Shown here in pieces: positions 11,315 through 22,298 of a DNA stretch of 64,000 nucleotides. The DNA comes from Podarcis cretensis (Eukaryota), in the NCBI GenBank assembly GCA_951804945.1, contig OX638150.1, positions 66,898,001-66,962,000 on the forward strand. Reading direction: 5' to 3'. Made by a program: the position numbers and the translations under genes. The first letter of the stretch is position 1, and the number at the start of each line of letters is the position of its first letter. The notes beneath the pieces are model-generated. The model searched no databases, had not been told where the DNA came from, and worked only from the letters and a program-made list of their open reading frames with translations.

Positions 11315-11630
11315 TGATGAAATTGCAGTGTCCCAAGCACAGCGGAATGATGAGGAGTACGTGCCACATACTCTATATTACTTTATTTACACTTCAAAGC
11401 TGGTAGATTACAGAAAAACATCTTGCCTCTGCCGGAGCAGAGAAAGCATCCTCTCTCCTCTAAAGCACGGAGAGAACTAACTCTGAGAACAGTGAAAAAC
11501 AGGAAACCAGTGTACGTCACATCCAGTCTCCTTTCCCGTGAGAAACTCCAACAGCAATTGACTGTGGAATGTAAACACCTGTCTCGTGACAAGCACTTTC
11601 GCTGCACAGTGAAGAGAGCAGAAACCAACC
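11315..11630 (-). repeat. Copia 5' LTR
   Basis: Direct repeat of 6600-6915. On the + strand it begins TGATG instead of TGTTG and ends CAACC instead of CAACA. Confidence 0.95.
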
Positions 11631-13316
11631 CTCTGTTGTAACGTTACTACTTTGTGGAATGTGAATAAATTCCTTCTCTCAGTAAAATTGAGCCCATCGT
11701 GCTGATAGCTTCCAAATCTCTGAGGTTTTGTCTTGTCACTCTTTCAGGAAGTATTATTTATTTCCTTACACAAAGTCTTAGCCCCTGTGCTTCCAGAATC
11801 CTTTTTTTTTTAATAAAAAAAAAACCTGACACAACACTCACTGCAAAGCAGCACACATGAATAGCAGCATCTTGTTCTTTATGTAATTCATCTGGTGATA
11901 ATGGCACCTGTAATTATTTTTTGAGGGCTAACAATGGTCACAAATGGTGCTGGACTCATAATTGGGTCACACATTCTGAGCATCACCTGGGAACACTTGA
12001 AAAAATGGTTCTAAAGTAATTTGCATTTCTTTGTACATGAGCATTCTTGTGATTCCACTTCAGAATTTGTCTCTCAATGGATGCCAACAATATAAATATA
12101 AAAGATCTACGAAAAACATACAAATAATTACAAAAAAGAAGCATAGTCCCACAATCTAGCTGCAGCTTTCTGAGCCACTTGAAGTTTCTGAGCACTTTTC
12201 AAAGACAGCCCCATGTATGCTTAAGCAGAAATAAGTCACATTCCTTTCAGCCAGACCTATTTCATAGCAATTGTATTTTAAGATTGCAGCCTAAATGTCA
12301 TGATAACCTTTGAGCTTGAGCAAGTGGAAACTGCATATACAAAATCCCCTGAATTCTTAGAAAATGTATCACTTGAAATGTATGTATTCTACATCTTGTC
12401 TGTTTTCTTTAACATATATTGTTAGTGTCATTTCCCCCATCTGAAAATGACAGGCAACTGAAAGTAGTATTCATTTCTGATCCAAAGAGCATCAATTTTA
12501 CTCCTAAGGAGTTGTTGCTGTCAGCTACAGAAAAGGTTTAGTGAAGTGTGAAAACTGACATTGAGTAAATAAGCACTCATTTTCCTGGTGATGCTGTGGG
12601 CGGGGGGGGGGGGGGGAGGAATCCATGAGGGCTCAAACAAAATGTTTGGGCAGTTGAAATATTGAATGTTTCTTGTTAATTAAAACAGGAGCAACATGCC
12701 AAAGTAAATAAATTAAGTCTTCATTAACCATCTTAATTGAATCATTACCAATTGACTCTGCACAAATGAATAAGCCACAGGTGTAGTACCATGTCAGGAG
12801 GTCTGCAAACTATTCTTCAAAAATTGCCATCAGGTTATAGAAGCTTTATTATGCTAAGAAGGTTTTTCAAACTGAGCTAGTGTGATCTGAGTTCAAATGT
12901 TTAATAGGATGTCACACAGGGACATACAGATAGATCTGTATTATAGTACATGTGTGGTTCCACATTTAAATGCACTGTAAAGTTCACTGGGTGACCTTGG
13001 ACAGTCACTGCCTCTCAGTCTAACCTACTTCACAGGTTTATTGTGGGTATTGAATGAGGAGCAGGAAAACCATGTATAACACCTTGAGCCCCTTGGAGAA
13101 AAAGGTAGGATATAAATGCAATAAATAAATATGGGTCAGTATAGTAGCCAGAAAGCTTGGTGAGAAACCCATATTCAAACATTTAGTTGCAGAATAACAC
13201 TGGACAAGTCACACGTTCCTATTATCAATTTCATAATTGATAAAAAATTATGAACAGGGAAAAATGAAGATTGCAAAACACTGCATTCATTTGAATTGGT
13301 AGTGCAATATAAATGT

Positions 13317-13650
13317 AAAGGTAAACGGACCCCAGATCATTAGGTCCAGTCGCGGATGACTCTGGGGTTGAGGCACTCATCTCGCTTTATTGGCCGAGGG
13401 AGCCGGCGTATAGCTTCTGGGTCATGTGTCCAGCATGACTAAGCTGCTTCTGGCGAACCAGAGCAACACACGGAAACCCCATTTACCTTCCCACCTATTT
13501 ATCTACTTGCACTTTGACATGCTTTCGAACTGCTAGGTGGGCAGGAGCAGGGACCAAGCAACAGGAGCTCACCCCATCGCAGGGATTCGAACCGCCAATC
13601 TTCTGAACGGCAAGCTCTAGGCTCTGTGGTTTAACCCACAGCACCACCTG
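13317..13650 (-). mobile_element. Sauria SINE, near full length
   Basis: tRNA-like head with B box GGTTCGAATCC on the minus strand, conserved core and ACCTTT tail. Confidence 0.92.
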
Positions 13651-15339
13651 TATTTGACTAGGCATTTACTGTGCACATCCCTAAAGCAGCAGTGTTGGTT
13701 TGCACGGTGGCATTTTGCCTATCCCGGCCTCACTGCCATATTCTCACTGGTAAAAGACAGGATTGCAGAACTGGCATAGTATCTTGCTCATCTTTAGATC
13801 CCTTTAGCTTTCATCCTATATGTGTGTATTCAGGCCTAAGCAACTACCCAGAAGCTTCTTTTTGGTAATTACTGTCTTTTGTATTCATTTTCACTGTACT
13901 CTTAAGTATCATCATCCTATTATGTGTTATGCAGGAATTGGATAGAGGAATCAGTACAGAGCACTGTGTCTTTCATTTTATTTTCCTATCTTAGCATACT
14001 AAAAAATCGATCTCTGGAAACTTTCTTGCAGTGAGCTGACATAATGTTGTTGTTGTTAATGATTTAATTTATTACATGGCCTTCACTAGTAAGGATATTC
14101 TAGCCTTCTCCAACCTGATGCCCTCCAGATTTTTGGATGACGTACTGTAATCCCACTGGCCATACTGGATGGGCTGTTGGGAGTTCCAAACACCTGGAAG
14201 GCACCAGATTCAACCTGCTCAGATCTTGGCTTGTTGGCAAGGAAGACACCCCTGCCTCAGGATCCTGCCCTTCCCTAGAACTTTATAATGGTCTGCTTCT
14301 GCTCAGTGTCCATATGTGGCACTTTCTATTGTTCCAGAGGGAAAGGCCCGTTTCCTTTGTCCTCTCTCACTATCCCTAGATTAGCAAAACAGCCACTATT
14401 TGAATATCTTCAAACATGCATGTGATTTTTCATTTGTTATTATCTCTTTTCTGGGCTCCAGCAACATAAGGAAAGTTTTGAAATGCAGACTAGGAAATGC
14501 CTTCTTGCTCAAAATCATTCACAGCCAGTTGGGAGTTGTACTGGTCTCCTTCTGTTGTACTGATGAGGAGTTTAACCAACCACTGATGCTATTTTTGCAA
14601 GCCAGCCCCCTCTCTTGTACTTCAAGAGAGTTGTACAGTACATAGTTTCAGACCCTGGATCACAATAACTTGGTTTAGAATTCAGCTGCACCTGAGCTGA
14701 GTTAGCAGCGTCATTGTTGGAAACTGCCTAGTGATTAAGACTGTCAAACAGAAGAACATGTCAAACTAAAACACAGGCTAATACCAAGATAATAATGCAT
14801 CTTTGTTTATATCCGTAATTAATGCTGTTGAAGAAAGTATGCCGAAAAGCTTGTGTAAGCAAGGTTTATCTCTGTTGAATGAGATTAGCATTGTATGTCA
14901 CTGTTTAAACAGTAATTGGTGCATTTCATTAGAACATAATTGAAAATGAGATTGATGCTTGTGCCATGCAATAAATAATCATGATAAATATTTTATTGTG
15001 AGCCATGATATTCAAGGTATGTTTACAAAGCACTTGGTTGTGTTTGTATTTTTATAGAATTCCATATGTATTATGAGCCGCAGTGATTAAGAAAGACTCT
15101 CCTGAATGACTAATTTCTTTCTTTTTACATACTTGGCTCTTAGACAAGCTCACTCTGCTTTAAGTATGCCTGAGGTCAGGCTAGATATCCACCTCCTCCC
15201 TAACACTTTTGCAGAATAATTTGTCCCCCACGAAGATGGCAAGGAGGGTTTTTGTTGACCTTCAGGGCAAAGGCAAATTCTAAGAACTCCGGGATAAGGA
15301 TGCGCTTATCATTCATGATAAGATAACTGAAGATTTCTT

Positions 15340-15572
15340 TCAGCGTGGTGTAGTGGTTAAGAGCAGTAGTCTCGTAAACTGGTGAACCTGGTTCGCTTCC
15401 CCGCTCCTCCACATACAGCTACTGGGTGACCTTGGGCCAGTCACACTTCTCTGAAGTCTCTCAGCCTCACTCACCTCACAGAGTGTTTGTTGTGGGGGAG
15501 GAAGCAAAAGGAGATTGTTAGCCGCTTTGAGACTCCTCAGGGGGAATGAAAGTTGGGATATCAAGTCCAAAA
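15340..15572 (+). mobile_element. tRNA-derived SINE with MIR/CORE-like body and L2-like tail
   Basis: A box tggtgtagtgg, B box ggttcgcttcc and body ctgggtgaccttgggccagtcac...ctcagcctcac. Partial relatives lie at ~12985-13130 and ~50015-50165. Confidence 0.75.
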
Positions 15573-16880
15573 AACCAACAACTTTTAAACTGCTTCAGGT
15601 AGTAGGAAGCTGACCTCAGTACCCAGTGACATTCCCTTCCAATGTGAGACTGAATGTCCCTATGGAAGTACTGTAGAATGGCATGGCATCATCTCAGGGA
15701 CATTCAGGGGGAAAGAGTGAATATGGCTCCTTTCCTTCCCTCCCCCCCCCCCAAACACCAAGAAAGTTTGTGGGAACAATGTTTCATCCTTATGTGTGTT
15801 TAGCACTGTTAAGGTATGTCGCATTGTTGGTTCTTCCTCTTGGGTGTAGGAGATTGATCCTTCCATTTCTGTGACTTTTTAAAGCATATGATGTGTGTGA
15901 TGTATGAATGCATACAACACTGAAGATGCAAAGCAAACTAGAGTTGCTGCTTAAAAACAGGCATGATGGGCAATTAATTCCTAACCTTTTGTTCTACAGT
16001 TCCTAAGACCACTCCACTTCTGGATTTTGTTTTTGTAGCCTTTGAAAGGATGCAGTGGAGCTGAACATCACTGGACTATTTCAGAATCAGAGATGGCTTT
16101 TGGCAGTTCTCACCATGAGACCTTGGATTGATGATTGTTTATCATATTTGCTAGTTGCTTTTCTTACAAGACAACTCAAAATGACTTTCATTAAAACCAA
16201 TTAAAAACAACAATAAAAAACCAAAAGACTAAAAATTGTGATCCCACAGTTCTATCTGCCATCATGGCTCAGGGGTGGTTGAGCCAACAGACCCACCCCT
16301 GGATGCAAGAATTGACTGAAGCATCAACTATGCAGTATCTCTGCATCTCAAACCAAAAACCTTTCCAGTCAGAATATGTATTTCCGATTACAGACATGTT
16401 ATCTCACTCCATGGTAATCAAACAGTGAGGTCCAAATATCAGAATGAAAATGTATTTATGACTATAACATCTTCAAGCCAAAGGCATGTTGGTTAATTAA
16501 CTTTTGATCAATAGGCAAAATTGTTGCATCTTCCTTTGAATGGGACTGGAGGAGATAATTGGTTCTTTGGAAGATGACACATAAATATCAGAATCACATA
16601 GGCATGTCAGTCTGGATAGGAAGCCCATTGATTTTAACAAAACAAAAATCACATTCCCAGCCTAAGATAGTAGTTAGTAGTCTGCAAATTGATTTGGCTG
16701 TAGGACTGTTTGACGTAGTTATTTACTAATTAAGGTGCGAGATAGTTGATGATGTGGCTAATTTTCTGCCCAACGTAAAATATTATAGTGCCATTAGAAA
16801 TAATTAAACAGAGAAGAAATAATAACCCAGAGTTGCTGCAATGCATAGTTCAAGTTCAGTGCAGTCTGCGTGGATTTATA

Positions 16881-16891
16881 GATAGATGGAT

Positions 16892-16929
<38 letters not shown>

Positions 16930-16934
16930 CAGAC
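16881..16934. repeat. (GATA)n microsatellite
   Basis: Direct reading. Confidence 0.95.
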
Positions 16935-17289
16935 AATAATATTCCTATAGGCATAAGCTGATGAGCAGTTTAGATTAAAGAATGCTCTTTATGGAATAAA
17001 GAAGGAGATTTGAAATAGAAAGTTCCATGAAGAGCAATACATATGGTCATATCCAGTGTTCGTATCAAAGTGGAATTAATAGACATGAATAACTTGTCAA
17101 TTAATTCCAATAGGTCTACTCTAACTTATTCAGGTACAGCCCATCATCTACTATAGTTCATTAAGAACATTAGACATTTGAGAAGTTAATGGTCTCTCTT
17201 TCAAAGTATACTCCAATATTTAATTTTTAAAATGCTATCTCACTTTTAAATATGAATTTCCAAAAAAATGTTGAAACAGTAAACAAAAA

Positions 17290-17610
17290 CAGAACCCTTT
17301 AAAAATAGCATAGAACAGCAACTCTAAAACTGGTTGAAGGCCTGGCTAAATAAAAAATAAGTCTTAGTCTGGCATCTAAAACCTATGAAGCTAAATGCCC
17401 CCATGAGTATCCCAGGAAAGAGAATTAAACAGTTAGGGTACCATCGCTGAAAAGTTCCTTTCACCAATTGCCACCAGTTTGGTTTTATATGGTGATGGGG
17501 CCCAAGAGAAGGGCCTTTGAAGCAGATCTTAACACATAGCATAGCATAGCATATAGAAGGCGGCAGCCCTGAATCTCAGACTGCATAGGAGTGAATACAG
17601 CACTCTGAAT
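17290..17610 (-). mobile_element. Degenerate L2 3' fragment
   Basis: aaggcctggctaaataaaaaataagtctt...ggcatctaaa pattern. Similar tails lie at ~5478-5710, 34160-34280, 34770-34935 and 44260-44420. Confidence 0.55.
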
Positions 17611-17764
17611 TCTACTCATAAGCAAATGGAAAGCCAGTGAAGCAGAGCTGTTTTAAAACTGGGAAAAGGCATTGCCATTCCTTTCCTGTTACCAAGTCTC
17701 TTCACCTCACTGTGTAAAATAGATTCTTGCCAGCAACAAGTTGTCTGGATATGCCTAGTTTGAT

Positions 17765-17960
17765 AGGAGCCTGCCTGCCTTTTATCTGATATACTGATAT
17801 CTGGTCCATCTAGTTCTGTACTTACCTGCACTGACTGGCATTGGTCCATCTGGGATTTTAGACAGGAGTCTTTCCTGCAGTATATTGAGGTACCACGACT
17901 TCAAGTAGGGACTTTCTGCAGGCAGATCATTTGCTCTGTCAGTGGATTACAGCCATTCCT
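17765..17960 (-). mobile_element. Degenerate tRNA-derived SINE with CR1-like tail
   Basis: ggtccatctagttc...cactgactggca core plus a degenerate tRNA-like head on the minus strand. Confidence 0.5.
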
Positions 17961-19843
17961 CAGTGCAGCTTGCCTTGCTAATGCCACCCTGCCATGGAAT
18001 CAATAAGTGCTTATGAGTGCTTATGTCTGCAGGGTTGGGCCTCACCATTGTCCATAGTGAACTGAGACTCACCTGAACACACCCGGTATTCCTCTATGTT
18101 TGCAAATTGCAAAAGAAGATCAGCAGAAGTAGGGAGCTAGTCACTCATCAAGGAACCCCTGGTAAAGTTTTCAAATAACCCATGATTCCCCCCCCCCAAA
18201 AAAAGGAAAATGATAATAATACTGGACAATATTTGATGGTTGTTGTGCAATAGTATTTGATAGCTGACATATAATAACATTTTATAAGATTTGTTAGATC
18301 ACATGCAGTGGGAATTACTAGTATTTAAGAGTCAGCAGGTTATAAGATTTCATATTAGAAGCCCATTTTAAAAAGAAAAAAAGAAAAATCAAGATATATC
18401 AGAATGCCTAACATAGTTGAACTTTCAGCTAAGAATTAATTTCACATTGAAAATGAGAGTTCAATTTTGCTTCAAAATCTGTCCTTAAATTGAAAAATGG
18501 GAAAAATTTAAAAGTTTGGGATGTGTTGAATATTTGAAAATATTTATTTCCTATCTACTTAGGAAAGCAAAGGAAGCACCATAGTCTGTGCTGCTGGAGG
18601 CAGATGTAATGCAGAAAATATGATCTTTGCTGTCCTCGTTTTGGAATGATTAATGAGGTTGTGTATGATGCAGGAAATGAAAACTAGAAATCTGGATAAG
18701 TAATGACTGCTCCAACAGAATGAATTCCTCTGAAACTACAGAACATACTGATATGCTGACCTCCAATAAATTACACTGCAAGTTTTCAAACAAGCTAGGA
18801 AAAATAAAGTTTTGCTTTTTTGTTGATGACTACTTCTGCAGAGCTTCAGTGATAATCTGAAGGCACTTCCTAAGGAGGTACATGGTTGCCACTGGCTGTT
18901 TTGATTTAAGACTGCAATGTCCTAAACATGAATTTTAAAGATTCTGGGAAGTTAAGCAGAACTTTTTGCACTGCTGTTAAGACTAGTCATGAAACAGTAA
19001 GACAGGCAGATAAACAATGAATGTGCTTTGATATTTGTTTGGTGGATCAGGATCCACAGTTGGGTTGTACACCAACCCAATTTAGATCACCCAGTAGCAT
19101 CACTGCAATTTTCCCTTTCATTTTTTTTAAGAAAAGGAAAAAGAGAGGAGAAGAAAGGCGTAGAGGTTAAGAGAGTAGGGGAAAGAAAGTGATGAATTAT
19201 AAAAAAAATGCAGTATATATATGCAGTATAAAGGACGGAGGTTAGAGCTAAAAAGGGGGGGGGGTTCTAGTCTGAAACTGCTGCTCTAGTCTGGGTTTGT
19301 TGTTTGCTGCTTGTTTTTCTATTTGCATTTTGGTTAAAAGATAAAATGCTAGGTATAATAAAAAAGGAGAATTTCCTGGATGCCAAGATCTAGTTTGGGG
19401 CAAGAACTCTTTGGTGCAAGAACTCCAGCAGAGATTTAAAATCACAAAATATGCAGCAAAGTAAAGTGTGGAAATATAAACTGTTAGACCTTTAAAATAC
19501 CCCCTTCTAAACTGATGCAAACTGGTGTTCAGAATGCCACATGCCTTCTTAAGGAACAGTAACATGAATGAAATGTACTGTAATCTGATACAAACCTAAC
19601 ACTAGATCATGTTAATGGGACAGACGTGCACTCTATAAAGATAGAACTTAGTCACAGATTCGTTGTTAGAGAGGTGTGAGATGCAACAACATCAAAATGT
19701 GGTTTAGTGGGCATGCTCTTTTGCATCTTAGCATCGGGTCGTAATGGAGCCTATTAAATTCAAGGAATACATATAGTTCTCTATTACAAACAAGTTTCCA
19801 GGAGAAATAAAGGAAGTAATATGAACCCTTCTTGATGTTTCAG

Positions 19844-19967
19844 ACTTGAGTCACCAACACGCTTTCTGGTGATGGAGGCTCCCAAGGGAGTTGAAATCAA
19901 TGCAGAAGCTGGCAACTTGGAAGCTACATGTAGGACAGAGCTCAAGCTGGAATCCAAAGATGGAGAG
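19844..19967 (+). CDS. SGCD: Delta-sarcoglycan, penultimate coding exon (124 nt)
   Basis: Acceptor tttcag|A and donor GAG|gtaggt. Translates (R)[41 protein letters not shown], nearly identical to the recalled human SGCD segment [41 protein letters not shown] and unlike SGCG/SGCZ. Not shown in the ORF track. Confidence 0.96.
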
Positions 19968-21065
19968 GTAGGTAGAACGCTAAGTAAATCTCCAAGTGAA
20001 TAATCTGGACCTTCCATGAGAGCCTTTTATTTTTAATTACTGTTGTACAGTGTGCAGTATCTTCAGGCAGTTTGTAGGTTTAAAAAATGGGATGACGGTG
20101 TTCACTTAAGCAATTCTATTTAGCACTGCAGCTAAAAAGAAGTGGTAGGTTTAGCATGTGTGTTAGAGCTCCTTGAAGGAATGATGGAACTCATTGTATG
20201 CAGACTACATTCCTTCTATACAGAATGGCGAGGTGATTCATTAGTTTTAAAGTGCTGGGATAATAGCATTGGTTGTGTGAAACAGATTTATGCAGCTGTA
20301 AAAATGTGCAGTACTACTAAATTCTCTTCTTCCTTGTCACTTTAAAGTGAGATTTACTTGACTAGCATAATTAAATCTTATATCATGCATTTTTCCAATG
20401 AGGAGCACTTAACTCACCTGTATTGATTTGTAAAGCTGAGCATCACTTTCCTATTTGAAGGAAAGGAATATGTCAGAACAAACCTTTCCGCTGTTGAAGA
20501 TGCTTAAAGAGTCTGGGATTATAGCCCAACCGTTGTCCCCAAAGTATCTCAGAGTATTGTTCATTAAGGGACTTATTTGTAAATCTGCTATTTAAGAACT
20601 TTAGAGCAGCTGCAATATAATGTGAAATGAACATTATTTTAATTTTTTGTTTTCTTGTTCTGCAAAAGGTAGAATGCTTGATTCCCACTTTACAGCTCAG
20701 AGATAACTTTCAGAGAAAACAACACATGTGGCTCTTGATGCTTAATTTGAAAAATGAAACTTATTAAAGAATGTTCCTTCTGGCCTAGATGCCATTCATT
20801 TTATTTCCAAATGTGTGGGAGGTGGTTGTAAATATTCAGGGGTGAGTGGAGATATGGGGGCAGTCTACACATATTCAGAGAGTCCCTCAGCAAAAAAGCA
20901 AAAAGAGGTACCCTACCAAAAGTGGCTCAGTTCTCTAGTTCTGGGAAGCTTAACTTCCAAACTAATTTCTGATTTTTTTTTAATGTTTCTGAAATTTAAC
21001 ATGAATATAATAAGTAGGCTCTACAGCTGTCCTTTTAGTGTGCTGGCATTTTATTAATTATCCAG

Positions 21066-21452
21066 TGCGACGCAGGTGGCGCTGTGGTCTAAACCACTGA
21101 GCCTCTTGGGCTTGCCAATCGGAAGGTCGGCGGTTTGAAACCCTGTGACGGGATGAGCTCCCGTTGCTCTGTCCTAGCTCCTGCCAACCTAGCAATTTGA
21201 AAGCACACCAGTGCAAGTAGATAAATAGGTAACGCTGCGGTGGGAAGGTAAACGGCATTTCTGTGCGCTCTGGCACTTGTCACGGTCCTCCGTGCGCCAG
21301 TAGCGGTTTAGTCATGCTGGCCACATGACCCAGAAAACTGTCGGTGGACAAACGCCGGCTCCCTCGGCCTGAAAGCGAGATCAGCACCACAACCCCATAG
21401 TCGCCTTTGACTGGACTTAAACGTCCAGGGGTCCTTTACTTTTACCTTTACC
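21066..21452 (+). mobile_element. Sauria SINE, full length, in the last SGCD intron
   Basis: Head gacgcaggtggcgctgtgg, core gcaagtagataaatagg, tail tttacctttacc. 11-bp TSD taattatccag at 21055-21065 and 21453-21463. Confidence 0.94.
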
Positions 21453-21912
21453 TAATTATCCAGCAAACACAACAAAATGCAAGAAGTGCACAAAACTTAA
21501 GCTAGCTCTGGGAAATAATTGCTAGTGTCTGGTAAATGTGAATCCTATATCCTATCCACTATTCCTGCATTCATTGGAATAGAGAATGACACAGCACTTT
21601 ACTCATTTGCCAGACAGTAGAAAGGGGAACAGTAAGCTCTGCCTGTATCTACACATGAATTGGTGAATGCAAGATTTATATGGAGCACGAATAGTGAGTG
21701 GCAGACCAGTACTATATGTAACTTTTACATAGCATCCAGATATATACAAGATTATACTATAGCTCTAGCTGACTTTATTTGTGTAAGAAATAAGCAGATG
21801 TGTGTATGTGTGTGTTATAGAGCGAACTTCAGTCAATTCCCACTGAACGTTTTAAATCGAAGGGCCGACAAATCCATTTCAATGCTAATTTATTTTCTCT
21901 CTTCCTCTGCAG

Positions 21913-22086
21913 ATAACGTTGGAGGCTGCAAATATCAAACTACCTAGATTGCCTCTGGGATCCTTCTCCTCTACTGGATCCAGGCAAAAAATCTACGAGC
22001 TTTGTGTGTGTCCCAACGGGAGGTTATTCCTGTCTCAAGCAGGAAGTAGTTCCACCTGCCAGATAAAGACAAGTGTCTGCCTTTGA
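21913..22086 (+). CDS. SGCD: Delta-sarcoglycan, terminal coding exon including stop
   Basis: Polypyrimidine tract ttttctctcttcctctgcag, phase 0 matching the previous exon. Translates [57 protein letters not shown], with the sarcoglycan 4-Cys C-terminal cluster. Confidence 0.97.
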   Translation: MTLEAANIKLPRLPLGSFSSTGSRQKIYELCVCPNGRLFLSQAGSSSTCQIKTSVCL

Positions 22087-22152
22087 GAGAGACTGTTTGT
22101 GACAGGCATAGCTGGCAGCACAAAGGCCTTTTTTTGGCCTCTCAGATAGCAG

Positions 22153-22298
22153 NNNNNNNNNNNNNNNNNNNNNNNNNNNNNNNNNNNNNNNNNNNNNNNN
22201 NNNNNNNNNNNNNNNNNNNNNNNNNNNNNNNNNNNNNNNNNNNNNNNNNNNNNNNNNNNNNNNNNNNNNNNNNNNNNNNNNNNNNNNNNNNNNNNNNN
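22153..22298. other. Assembly gap (146 N) in the proximal SGCD 3'UTR
   Basis: Run of n characters. Confidence 0.99.

Larger units (their letters stand above)
6600..11630 (-). mobile_element. Full-length Ty1/copia LTR retrotransposon (about 5.0 kb), antisense in an SGCD intron
   Basis: Two 316-bp direct LTRs, a PBS and a PPT. Domain order gag-PR-INT-RT-RNaseH is diagnostic of copia. Confidence 0.97.

Noticed and set aside
11013-11480. 155-aa antisense ORF over the copia leader and LTR, plus LTR ORFs 6668-7045 and 6708-7010
   Set aside because: No recognisable domain or transmembrane/env features. These are incidental frames in the LTR and leader.
1-19843. Upstream SGCD exon ([25 protein letters not shown]-like)
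   Set aside because: Not found by eye. It probably lies upstream of the window, as this intron is very large in other amniotes.
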